32,000 nt of DNA. Source: Pyrodictium occultum. Lineage in GTDB: Archaea; Thermoproteota; Thermoprotei_A; Sulfolobales; Pyrodictiaceae. A program made the translations under genes and the position numbers. The stretch is taken from contig NZ_LNTB01000001.1 in the NCBI RefSeq assembly GCF_001462395.1, positions 630,001 through 662,000 on the forward strand, in the 5' to 3' direction. This document shows positions 14,285 to 22,391 of the stretch, in pieces. Each line of letters starts with the position of its first letter. The stretch's first letter is position 1. The notes beneath the pieces are model-generated. The model made no database searches. It had not been told where the DNA came from and saw nothing but the letters and a program-made list of their open reading frames with translations.

Positions 14285-14707
14285 GTGGGGATAGATATAG
14301 TTAGGCTACTAGAGCGGTTGATCGATCATAACCGCATTGAGGCTGTGGAGAAGGGAGGCGTACTCGAAATACCCTATGATACGCGTGATCTCCAGGCATT
14401 TAGCCAGGTGCTTCGGAGGCGGATTAGCCGCGTTAAAGCGGGGGGCCGTGAACACCAGGTGCTAATACTGCTTGACAGGAAAGGGTTGAGCAGGAGCTAC
14501 TACGTATGCATAGGCTCCCATATAGGGCTTGAATGCAGAAAGAGGATAGTTGAGGACAAGCTGAGTGGGCTGAGGCTGTGGGTCCAAGCACCAGTACTTG
14601 TTATAGACAATTGCAGGGTTGAGCTTGAGTGGCGTGGCTCCCGGTTTGTCCTAGCCAGGAGCATTGTTGAAAGGTGTGGTAGGTGTCGTCGCATTGCCCC
14701 AAGCTAA
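14285..14707 (+). CDS. Hypothetical protein (140 aa)
   Basis: GTG-initiated ORF divergent from the peptidase gene. No family recognised. Confidence 0.4.
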   Translation: MGIDIVRLLERLIDHNRIEAVEKGGVLEIPYDTRDLQAFSQVLRRRISRVKAGGREHQVLILLDRKGLSRSYYVCIGSHIGLECRKRIVEDKLSGLRLWVQAPVLVIDNCRVELEWRGSRFVLARSIVERCGRCRRIAPS

Positions 14708-14786
14708 GTAAGGTATTCCTACCCTGATACTGCATCTAAATGCTTGTAAATGCTTGCTGGAGCCGCTGCCAGCTATTTTGCCCGCA

Positions 14787-15758
14787 TTAGTCCTCCGGAT
14801 CTGCTATCCCGTAGTCGGTTATCATGAATACCGCCTCACCCTCCGGCAGGTGCGGGGCGTCGACTATCCTTGCTATTCTCTTGTTCCCGCGGCTCTTCCG
14901 GAGCTGTACTCGTATGCCAGGCGCGTGGTATAGTACGTGGCCACCTACAGCCTGGGTCGGGTCTCCGTAGAACACATCGGGCTTGGCCATAACCTGGTTT
15001 GTTATAATGACTGCCACGTTGTATATCTCGGCCAGCCTTGAGAGCTGGTGGAGGTGGCGGTTCAGCTTCTGCTGACGCGCCGCCAGGTTCTCGCGGCCCG
15101 GGTACTCCGCCCTAAAGTGGCTCGTTACAGAGTCGACTATTACTAGCTTGATGTTATCCTTTGGCACCACGTTGAATAGCTCGTCCACTATGGCCATCTG
15201 GTGGTCGCTGTTTATGGCACGAATGTAGAGGATGTTGCTCATCACCTCATCCGGGTCCAGGCCCCACCTCTTGGACATAGCTTCTATACGCTCCCAGCGG
15301 AAGGTACCCTCCGTATCTATATACACTGCCTTGGCTACCTGGTCCGGCGTGCTTAGCCCACCTTTGTCTACCGGTAGCTGGACGTTCACAGCGAGCTGGT
15401 GGCATATCTGTGTCTTACCGCTCCCGAATTCACCGAAGAATTCGGTTAGCGTTCGAGTCTCTATGCCGCCGCCGAGCAGGTCGTCGAGGTTACGGCTGCC
15501 GGTGGTTATCTTACGTGTCTGGAGGCGCTCCTTCTTTACCTCAAGCGCTGACTTGAACCTTATGTCTAGGGCCTCGCGGGCCGCCTTTATTATCCGCTGG
15601 GCCGTGGTTATTGGTATGCCGGCTGCTGCGCTCAGCTCCTGGGGCGTGGCCACAGCGATTGCCTCGAGGGTAGCATAGCCTGCCTCTATCAGCTTGTTCG
15701 CTGTCGCGGGGCCCACACCCGGAAGGTCTGTTATCGACTTCACTTCTCCCCTGCTCAT
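14787..15758 (-). CDS. radA: DNA repair and recombination protein RadA
   Basis: HhH ([18 protein letters not shown]), Walker A (GEFGSGKTQ), Walker B (LVIVDS). 323 aa from the ATG at 15758. A TATA-like ttatatagg lies at 15798-15806 on the opposite strand. Confidence 0.95.
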   Translation of the reverse strand: MSRGEVKSITDLPGVGPATANKLIEAGYATLEAIAVATPQELSAAAGIPITTAQRIIKAAREALDIRFKSALEVKKERLQTRKITTGSRNLDDLLGGGIETRTLTEFFGEFGSGKTQICHQLAVNVQLPVDKGGLSTPDQVAKAVYIDTEGTFRWERIEAMSKRWGLDPDEVMSNILYIRAINSDHQMAIVDELFNVVPKDNIKLVIVDSVTSHFRAEYPGRENLAARQQKLNRHLHQLSRLAEIYNVAVIITNQVMAKPDVFYGDPTQAVGGHVLYHAPGIRVQLRKSRGNKRIARIVDAPHLPEGEAVFMITDYGIADPED

Positions 15759-15926
15759 ACCTTCTATCCCGTGGAGAGGGCGGTTCAGTAGCACCCTTAT
15801 ATAGGACTCCTTAGTTGACCGAAACTAATTCATGAACTATGTGGGGCAGGCGTATATACCACCTTTTTATGCCGCCTTGCCGCTAGACTACGGCTGGCCA
15901 TAGAGGCCTATGAGTGGTGCACCGCT

Positions 15927-17816
15927 ATGCGTGTAATACTGATACACGCCAAAGAATTCTACTACAAGGCTAGGAGCAAAGCCATAGCTGAGGCAGAGCC
16001 CCCCGAAAGCGCGCCCCAAGAGGCCTCGGCCGAAAATGCATTGGTCGCATTTACCACAGTCGAGGACATAGATACACAAGGCATAAACGAGGCCGTGGAG
16101 AAGGCCGCAGCGGATATAGTTAATGTGGCAGAGAAGGTAAAGGCATCAACCATAGTGCTGTACCCGTACGCCCATCTCTCCCAGAAGCTGGCGCCGCCAA
16201 AGGCCGCTATTGAGGCGATGAGGCTCCTAGAGGACATGGTGAGGAGCCGTGCAAGCGGGAAGTTCAGGGTGATCAGGGCGCCCTTCGGCTGGTATAAGGA
16301 GTTTAGGATACACTGCTATGGGCATCCACTCTCAGAGCTATCTAGGACATACACTCCAAAGGCTTCCAAGAAGCCCCATGTAGAGAAGAAGTATTATGTG
16401 CTCACGCCGGAAGGCGATGTATATGAGCCCGAAGAATACTTGGAGAAGGCTGATGAGGAGCTACGCATACTGATAGAGAAGGAGGCCCTAGGCAAAGAGC
16501 TGGGCGAGGTCGAGAACCCTGTAAACAAGCTCTGCGCCAAGTTCGGGTTCGAATGGGAGCCCATGTCCGACTACGGACATATGAGGTACGAGCCCCACGC
16601 GGCGCTCATGATAGAGGCTGTGTCGGAGTACGCGTGGAAGCTGGCAAGAGGCCTGGGTATCCCCGTGCTTCGAATACGTGGCACAAACATGTTCGACCTG
16701 GCCGCGAGGCCTGTCTACGAGCATGCCGCACTGTTCGGAGACAGGCTATACGAGCTATGGGCCGATAAGAAGCACCTAGTCATGCGCTACGCTGCATGCC
16801 ACCAGCAGTTCGCTATGCTAAAAGACTATGTATTGAGCTACAAGGATCTCCCCCTAGGCATGTTCGAGGTAGCTGATAGCTACCGGTTCGAGCAGAGCGG
16901 CGAGGTTACACTCTGCTTCCGCCTCCGCAAATTCTACATGCCCGACCTACATATATTGACACGTGACGTCGAGGAGGCGGTCAAGGTCAGCGAGAAGCTG
17001 CAGGAAGTGATACACCGTGAGGCAGCCAAACTAGGCAGGAAGTACTACGCGGTATACAATGTGACCGAGGACTTCTGGAGCCAGAAGCGCGACCTCCTAC
17101 TAGAGCTGGTAAGACGTGACGGGAGGCCCGCCGTAGTAGCACTATACCCCGCCGGCATATACTACTGGGTAGTGAACGTCGAGTACCATATAGTGGATAG
17201 CGTGGGCCGTCCACGGGAGATAGCAACGTTCCAGTTCGACATAGGCAATGCTAAGCGCTTCGGCATAAAGTATGTAGACGAGAACAACCAGGAGCGGTAT
17301 CCTGTAATAATCCATACCGCCTTGATAGGCTCTGTAGAGAGATACATCTACATGGTGTTTGACACGGCAGTTCAGATGGAGCAACAAGGAAAGAGGCCAT
17401 ATATCCCCACCTGGCTGGCCCCTATACAAGTACGCCTAATACCCGTAGACCCCAAGTCCGAGGACCAGATAGCGCTCGCCAGCAAGGTAGCCGACATGCT
17501 AGAACATAACCTGATTAGGGTAGACATAGACGACCGCGATATCAGCCTCGGCAAGAGGATAAGAGACGCTGCGCGCGAGTGGATACCATACATAGGCGTC
17601 ATAGGCGACAGGGAGGTGAAGACGGGCACTATAAACGTGACCATAAGACGTAGCAACGACCGAGTAGCTCTAAAGCCGGAGGAGCTGCTTGACATGGTTC
17701 TCAAAGATATTGAAGACTATCCAAGAGTACAGTCCACACTGCCACGTTATGTATCCAAGCGTCCGAGCCTAGTATACCTCGAGAGAAGCCTAGAGCTAGA
17801 GCCGGGCAAGGGCTAG
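15927..17816 (+). CDS. thrS: Threonine--tRNA ligase, full length, with the archaea-specific N-terminal editing domain
   Basis: The N-terminus MRVILIHAKEFYYK...LVAFTTVE...VLYPYAHLS...APFGWYKEF.IHCYGHPLSELSR matches the archaeal ThrRS editing domain. Class II catalytic core and anticodon-binding domain follow (..HTALIGSVERYIYM..). Confidence 0.95.
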   Translation: MRVILIHAKEFYYKARSKAIAEAEPPESAPQEASAENALVAFTTVEDIDTQGINEAVEKAAADIVNVAEKVKASTIVLYPYAHLSQKLAPPKAAIEAMRLLEDMVRSRASGKFRVIRAPFGWYKEFRIHCYGHPLSELSRTYTPKASKKPHVEKKYYVLTPEGDVYEPEEYLEKADEELRILIEKEALGKELGEVENPVNKLCAKFGFEWEPMSDYGHMRYEPHAALMIEAVSEYAWKLARGLGIPVLRIRGTNMFDLAARPVYEHAALFGDRLYELWADKKHLVMRYAACHQQFAMLKDYVLSYKDLPLGMFEVADSYRFEQSGEVTLCFRLRKFYMPDLHILTRDVEEAVKVSEKLQEVIHREAAKLGRKYYAVYNVTEDFWSQKRDLLLELVRRDGRPAVVALYPAGIYYWVVNVEYHIVDSVGRPREIATFQFDIGNAKRFGIKYVDENNQERYPVIIHTALIGSVERYIYMVFDTAVQMEQQGKRPYIPTWLAPIQVRLIPVDPKSEDQIALASKVADMLEHNLIRVDIDDRDISLGKRIRDAAREWIPYIGVIGDREVKTGTINVTIRRSNDRVALKPEELLDMVLKDIEDYPRVQSTLPRYVSKRPSLVYLERSLELEPGKG

Positions 17817-17860
17817 CAGCCAAGAGGGTATAGGGCCGGATAGTGGGTAGGGAGAAGGAG

Positions 17861-17930
17861 GCGGTGTCCGCACGCTGAAGAGCGCTCATCCAGCCTTCCT
17901 CGCCACAGGGGTTCAGTCTTCATCCACCGC
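17861..17930 (-). ncRNA. K-turn-bracketed element, irregular box C/D-like sRNA candidate
   Basis: The minus strand reads 5'-GCGGUG G AUGAAGA ...(46 nt, contains GGAUGA)... CGGA CACCGC-3'. It has a 6-bp terminal stem, a GAU bulge and GA opposite GA. The internal box spacing is not canonical (15 nt rather than 12 before the D-like box). Confidence 0.25.
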
Positions 17931-18054
17931 TCCAGTCTCACAAAATCCCCTTCATGCTAACATTATATAGGCTTCCCATGGCTAGGCCTGGAGTAGCAGG
18001 GCGCGGACCTCAGGAAACCTCTGGGAAGTAGCGTCATCGGAGAGCGTGTAAGCT

Positions 18055-19896
18055 ATGTGCGGCATAGTGGGCGTTGTGGCCGATCCAGAAGTTATCAACA
18101 ACGTAACAAGTATGCTTATACAGGGGCTGAAGAGGCTCGAGTACAGGGGCTATGATAGCGCCGGTTTTGCCCTGGTGGAATGCAGCACCGGGAAACTCCT
18201 CGTCTTCAAGGACAGGGGCAGGATAGACGACGTCGTCAAGGCCTATGGTATTAGCCGCTACTGCTCGATAAGCGGTATAGCTCATACGCGGTGGGCTACA
18301 CACGGCGAGCCTAGCCAGGCTAACGCACACCCCCATGTAGACTGTAGAGACGAGATAGCTGTCGTGCATAATGGTATCATAAGGAACTTCCTCGAGCTAC
18401 GACGCCTCCTTGAGGAGAAGGGGCATCGGCTCCGGAGCGAAACCGATACGGAGGTCATAGCGCATCTGCTAGAGGAGTACTTGAAGACCTCAGAATCCAT
18501 GTGGGATGCCTTCCGAAAGCTCGTAAAGGTGATAGACGGCGCCTATGCTATAGCTGTGCTCTATGCTAGGGAGCCGCACCGCATCTACTTTGCTAGAAGG
18601 GTTAGTCCCCTCATCATAGGTCTCGGAGAAGGCTTCAACATGGTGTCAAGCGATATACCGTCAATGCTCCAGTACACGAGGAGGTTTGTAGCACTCAACG
18701 ACGGCGAGTACGGGTACATAGAGCCCTACCACCTCTACATAGAAAAGAATGGCAGCCACGTCGAGTGGCGCCACCGGATAATAACAGCCACGTGGAGCAT
18801 CGAAGACGCTGAGAAGGGAGGCTACCCACACTACATGCTTAAGGAAATAATGGAGCAGCCCCGGGTGCTCTTTGAGACCTATACCGGCCTCGTCTCAAGC
18901 CGCGAGGTAGAGGAGGCCGCCAAGCTCATAGCCGAGGCCGGGAGCGTGTTCGTCACGGGTGCTGGGACTAGCTTCCATGCAGGCCTAGTATTCGCCTACT
19001 ACATGTCGAGGATAGCTGGAAAGCCTGTTATACCATTCATATCCAGCGAGTACGCCGTGTTTAAGAATATTGATCACACGGGCTCGGTGCTCATAGCGAT
19101 AAGCCAGAGCGGTGAAACCATAGACACTCTCCAGGCTCTTAGAGGCTTCAGGGCTAGCGGTGGACGAGTAGTCGCTGTATCCAATGTGGTTGGGAGTACA
19201 ATACCGAGGGAGTCGGATATTGCTGTCTATACTAGAGCCGGTCCAGAGATAGGCGTAGCGGCTACGAAGACTTTCCTTACGCAGGTGCTCACACTCTCCA
19301 TGATAGCACTAGCCACAGCATTATACAGCGGGTCGCTCACGAAGAGCGAGTATAGAGAAGCCACAGAGAGGCTAAAGGATGCTGGACGCGCGGCCTCTAC
19401 GGGGATTAACCGCAGTATAAGGCAGGTCGAGCTGCTCGCCTCCAGCTTGAGGAATAAGACTAACATCTACGTTCTCGGACGCGGCCTCGGCGTACCCTTA
19501 TCCTATGAGGCGGCGCTCAAGATAAAGGAGGTCAGCTATTTACATGCAGAGGCGTACCCGGCGGGGGAGAGCAAGCATGGCCCAATAGCACTGGTTGAGA
19601 AGGACTTCCCGGTCGTCTTCGTAGCTACGCCGCCCGAGGCCGAGCTTCTCGAGAAGATACAGAGCAACGTCATGGAGATGAAGAGTAGAGGCGCCTCCAC
19701 GATACTAGTTGGGACGTCGAGCTACCTAGAGTTGGAGGGAGTGGACTTCGCTATAGATGTCGGCAGCTTTGACGAGATACTAGCGCCGTACGCCCTGGTG
19801 CCGCCACTCCAGCTGCTAGCATATAGGCTTGCCGTGGTGCTGGGCCGGGACCCCGACAAGCCGCGCAACCTTGCAAAGACTGTTACGGTTGAATAG
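18055..19896 (+). CDS. glmS: Glutamine--fructose-6-phosphate aminotransferase (isomerising)
   Basis: N-terminal MCGIVG nucleophile, glutaminase domain, two SIS domains (SQSGET), C-terminal ..AKTVTVE. Confidence 0.95.
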   Translation: MCGIVGVVADPEVINNVTSMLIQGLKRLEYRGYDSAGFALVECSTGKLLVFKDRGRIDDVVKAYGISRYCSISGIAHTRWATHGEPSQANAHPHVDCRDEIAVVHNGIIRNFLELRRLLEEKGHRLRSETDTEVIAHLLEEYLKTSESMWDAFRKLVKVIDGAYAIAVLYAREPHRIYFARRVSPLIIGLGEGFNMVSSDIPSMLQYTRRFVALNDGEYGYIEPYHLYIEKNGSHVEWRHRIITATWSIEDAEKGGYPHYMLKEIMEQPRVLFETYTGLVSSREVEEAAKLIAEAGSVFVTGAGTSFHAGLVFAYYMSRIAGKPVIPFISSEYAVFKNIDHTGSVLIAISQSGETIDTLQALRGFRASGGRVVAVSNVVGSTIPRESDIAVYTRAGPEIGVAATKTFLTQVLTLSMIALATALYSGSLTKSEYREATERLKDAGRAASTGINRSIRQVELLASSLRNKTNIYVLGRGLGVPLSYEAALKIKEVSYLHAEAYPAGESKHGPIALVEKDFPVVFVATPPEAELLEKIQSNVMEMKSRGASTILVGTSSYLELEGVDFAIDVGSFDEILAPYALVPPLQLLAYRLAVVLGRDPDKPRNLAKTVTVE

Positions 19897-19930
19897 GAGG
19901 AGATGAGTCCTTGCAGAGGGTGTAGACGGC

Positions 19931-21076
19931 ATGATAGGTATTGTGCTTGCAGGAGGCTCCCCTAAGCTGCTGCGGCTCGTACTTGGCGATGCGAGCTCGC
20001 GTAGCCTGCTGAGGTTCCCGGATGGCATGCTTCTTGACAGGCATGTAGGCTCTATGTTGAAGTACTTCGACAGCGTCATAGTTGTATCCGATGATCCACG
20101 TGTTGGGAGCCGGTGCGCGGAGATAAGCGGCTGTGTGTTCGTGGAGCAGAGGTCGCCAGGGATAGAGGGAGCCATATGTGACGGCATAGCGTCTATCATG
20201 AATACGGGGGAGAAGCTTGTAACAATACTATACGGCGATATCTATGCGCCCTCTGGTATGATGGACTCCCACATGAATATTGTTGCCAGGTACTATGAGC
20301 CTGTTATAACTGTCACAAAGCCCGTTATGATGCGCGGCGCTTTCCTCCGCGTAGATGTGGACCCCATAGACATGTATATCAATGCTGTGGGCAGTGGACA
20401 ACACGTGTTCGCCGGGCTGATGAGCATAGGCGTCAACGAGCTGCGCAGCCTGATATGCCAGCAAGACATATCGCTCCATGATGCTATACGCAAGCTGTCC
20501 GAGTCCCAGCGCATACACGCGAACACGTGGCTCGGCGAGTGGGTAGACCTCGACACTCCCTGGGACTATCTACTCGCGGTGAGACTGAGCCTAGCCAGGC
20601 TTAAGGGGATCCACATAAGCGAGCAGGCTACCGTGAAGGATACCGCAATCCTGGAGCCTCCCGTCTACATAGATAACGGGGCCTTCATAGACCACTATGC
20701 CGTCTTAAAGGGCCCCGTCTACGTCGGCCCCGGCTCTCGTGTAGGCGCCCATACCTTCCTAAGGAACAGCGTGGCTGTCTACGAGAACACCGTTATAGGG
20801 GCTTATGCCGAGGTTAAGAGGAGCATCGTCTACAATTCCGCCCGCGTTGGGTCCCACAGCTACATAGCGGATAGCATCGTTGGCAAGGGGGCTAGCGTGG
20901 CCCCGTACACGGTGACCCAGAACATACCTTACACCGGCGTAGCAGGCGAGATCGTTGTCACCTCGACTCACCCCCTCGAGGGACTCAAGATAGGGGCCGT
21001 GATAGCTGCGGGGAGCAGGACCAGGCCGCACAGCGTGCTGAGGCCTGCCTCGGTATACCCTGGGGACGAGGCGTAG
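19931..21076 (+). CDS. GlmU-like bifunctional sugar-1-phosphate nucleotidyltransferase/acetyltransferase with a divergent N-terminal motif
   Basis: N-terminal MIGIVLAGGS.. is a nucleotidyltransferase-like fold. The C-terminal left-handed beta-helix hexapeptide repeats read (IGAYAEVKRSIVYNSARVGSHSYIADSIVGKGASV). It is immediately downstream of glmS. Confidence 0.7.
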   Translation: MIGIVLAGGSPKLLRLVLGDASSRSLLRFPDGMLLDRHVGSMLKYFDSVIVVSDDPRVGSRCAEISGCVFVEQRSPGIEGAICDGIASIMNTGEKLVTILYGDIYAPSGMMDSHMNIVARYYEPVITVTKPVMMRGAFLRVDVDPIDMYINAVGSGQHVFAGLMSIGVNELRSLICQQDISLHDAIRKLSESQRIHANTWLGEWVDLDTPWDYLLAVRLSLARLKGIHISEQATVKDTAILEPPVYIDNGAFIDHYAVLKGPVYVGPGSRVGAHTFLRNSVAVYENTVIGAYAEVKRSIVYNSARVGSHSYIADSIVGKGASVAPYTVTQNIPYTGVAGEIVVTSTHPLEGLKIGAVIAAGSRTRPHSVLRPASVYPGDEA

Positions 21077-21362
21077 AGCTACGGCTGCCAGGACGGTATT
21101 AAGCCTGGGGGCTCAGCGCTTTGGCCCCTCCTCACCCGACATGTCAGCAGCCCGGCCCGGAAGCCTCCCAGGACGCCAAGAGGCTTGTAGGGGCCGGGGA
21201 TCTGGGCAAGTGCCTCTCTAGCTTCACAGCCCCGGAGGAGAGCGTAGGGTAGCCTATGTGCGGCTAAAAAGGTCTCCTCCACGGCATTACTCCAGGAGCA
21301 ACTACTGGGGGATCATAGTGAAGGAGCACGAGGAGCGGGGCAAGTTCCTCGGAAGACACTTG

Positions 21363-21977
21363 ATGGTAAAGGGGGAGTTCGTTAAGGATATACTGTCTGG
21401 GAGGAAGAAGGCCACCATAAGGCTCGGCAAGGTGAAGCTCAAGTACAACGAGCTTATTGTACATGGGGGCGGTCGACCCGTAGCCAAGGTGAGGGTCACG
21501 GGGGTCCGTTACAAGAAGGTCTCAGAGCTAACCGACGAGGATGCTGTGAAGGACGGGTTTCGGAGCCGAGAGGAGCTATTAGAAGCTCTTCGACGCATGT
21601 ACGGCGACTTTAGCGAAGACGACTACGTAACCATTATAGAGTTCGAGGTCGTCCAGGATCTTTCCTCCCTCGAGCCTCAGGACCCTTACCTGGGGCTCGA
21701 GCCGGCTGATATAGCGAGGCTAGGGCTGCGCTACCTCTCCAACATGCTCACCGAGGAGGAGCGCAAGATCTTAAGAGACTTGACGATCACCAACAGTATA
21801 CGCTCCACCGCTGTAAGGCTCTATGGAGGATTGGAGAAACGATGGCGTGTTCGAAGGGTGCTCCGCCGCGTCCTATCGGGGCTTGTGAAGCAGGGGCTTA
21901 TAAGGGTCAGGAGCGGGCTGCCACCCAGCGAGGAGAAGGATAGGGATAGAGGCAGGAGGCATAGAAACAGGAGGTGA
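21363..21977 (+). CDS. ASCH (PUA-like) domain protein with a basic C-terminal helical/wHTH-like region
   Basis: MVKGEFVKDILSGRKKATIRLG..LIVHGGGRPVAKVRVTGVRYKKVSELTDEDAVKDGF.SREELLEALRRMYG..VTIIEFEVV fits the ASCH pattern. The C-terminus is Arg-rich. The start could alternatively be GTG at 21318 or 21258. Confidence 0.6.
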   Translation: MVKGEFVKDILSGRKKATIRLGKVKLKYNELIVHGGGRPVAKVRVTGVRYKKVSELTDEDAVKDGFRSREELLEALRRMYGDFSEDDYVTIIEFEVVQDLSSLEPQDPYLGLEPADIARLGLRYLSNMLTEEERKILRDLTITNSIRSTAVRLYGGLEKRWRVRRVLRRVLSGLVKQGLIRVRSGLPPSEEKDRDRGRRHRNRR

Positions 21978-21987
21978 TCACGAAGCC

Positions 21988-22215
21988 TTGACTAAGTGGC
22001 TGCTAAGATGCACGACGTGCGGCAACACGTGGGAGCTTGAGGTCAGCTTCGACCTAACCAAGCTCTCCAGCGGGAAACTATACCACTATTGCAGGTATTG
22101 TAAACGCAATACATTCCACGAGATACTCGAGAGGGTTGACGAGGACGGGGATGCAGAGCTGGGGCTCTCGGAGCCCCGCAGCAGGGAGGGTAGGCCTCTC
22201 TCCGGGCCCGTCTAA
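21988..22215 (+). CDS. Small zinc-ribbon protein (C-x2-C ... C-x2-C)
   Basis: LRCTTCGNTWELEV....YHYCRYCKRNTFHEI has four Cys in ribbon spacing. TTG start 11 nt after the ASCH gene stop. The tail is acidic. Confidence 0.45.
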   Translation: MTKWLLRCTTCGNTWELEVSFDLTKLSSGKLYHYCRYCKRNTFHEILERVDEDGDAELGLSEPRSREGRPLSGPV

Positions 22216-22226
22216 GGGCTCTAGAA

Positions 22227-22299
22227 GGCTGTGATGAGGAAGGGGTTCCGACCCCCGGAGGGCTGCTGGGGGATGCGGACACCTGTCTCAGCTGACGCC
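22227..22299 (+). ncRNA. Box C/D sRNA candidate (strong C and D boxes, weak internal boxes)
   Basis: C box GUGAUGA (22231-22237), D' -like CCGA (22248-22251), degenerate C' AUGCGGA (22273-22279), 12-nt guide CACCUGUCUCAG (22280-22291), D box CUGA (22292-22295). The guide complement CUGAGACAGGUG contains UGAGACAGGU, which I recall from a conserved 23S segment. Confidence 0.4.
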
Positions 22300-22306
22300 C
22301 CATGCA

Positions 22307-22375
22307 CTAGGCGTCAGCAAGGAGAATGTTCTTCATCGCGTAAGGCTCCCGAGACCGTCGTTTCATCATCCTAGA
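22307..22375 (-). ncRNA. Box C/D sRNA candidate (double guide)
   Basis: The minus strand reads 5'-CUAGG AUGAUGA AACGACGGUCUC GGGA (10 nt) AUGAAGA ACAUUCUCCUUG CUGA CG CCUAG-3'. C box is 22369-22363 and D box is 22317-22314. Both guides are exactly 12 nt, 56 nt box to box, with flanking CUAGG/CCUAG. It starts 22 nt after the deoC stop. Confidence 0.55.
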
Positions 22376-22391
22376 TCTTGATTGGCTCGCT

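Noticed and set aside
14737-14756. Perfect tandem duplication taaatgcttg-taaatgcttg in the spacer downstream of radA
   Set aside because: There are only two copies of 10 bp in an AT-rich convergent 3' spacer. This is most simply slippage or part of a termination region, and there is no further periodicity.
15871-15899. On the minus strand, GCCAGCCGUAGUCUAGCGGCAAGGCGGC resembles a tRNA acceptor plus D-arm, raising the possibility of a tRNA fragment or att site
   Set aside because: No anticodon arm pairing and no T-arm follow. The sequence lies in the radA/thrS divergent promoter/leader region. With only about 17 nt of resemblance and no integrase nearby, it is most likely chance.
18612-18625. 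The AUGAUGA motif antisense within glmS, and similar isolated tgatga/tcatca hexamers inside thrS, the GlmU-like gene and the membrane protein gene
   Set aside because: None has a CUGA at canonical distance with 12-nt spacing or flanking complementarity. They fall inside well-supported coding regions.
21141-21175. gtcagcagcccggcccggaagcctccc, which superficially recalls the SRP RNA helix 8 GGAA tetraloop region, inside a 285-nt G+C-rich gap
   Set aside because: The conserved GGAAGCAGC-type 3' side and the symmetric loop motifs are missing on both strands. No 5'/3' Alu-like pairing is evident. The gap may instead hold the weak 67-aa ORF 21079..21282 (-) or the ASCH gene leader.
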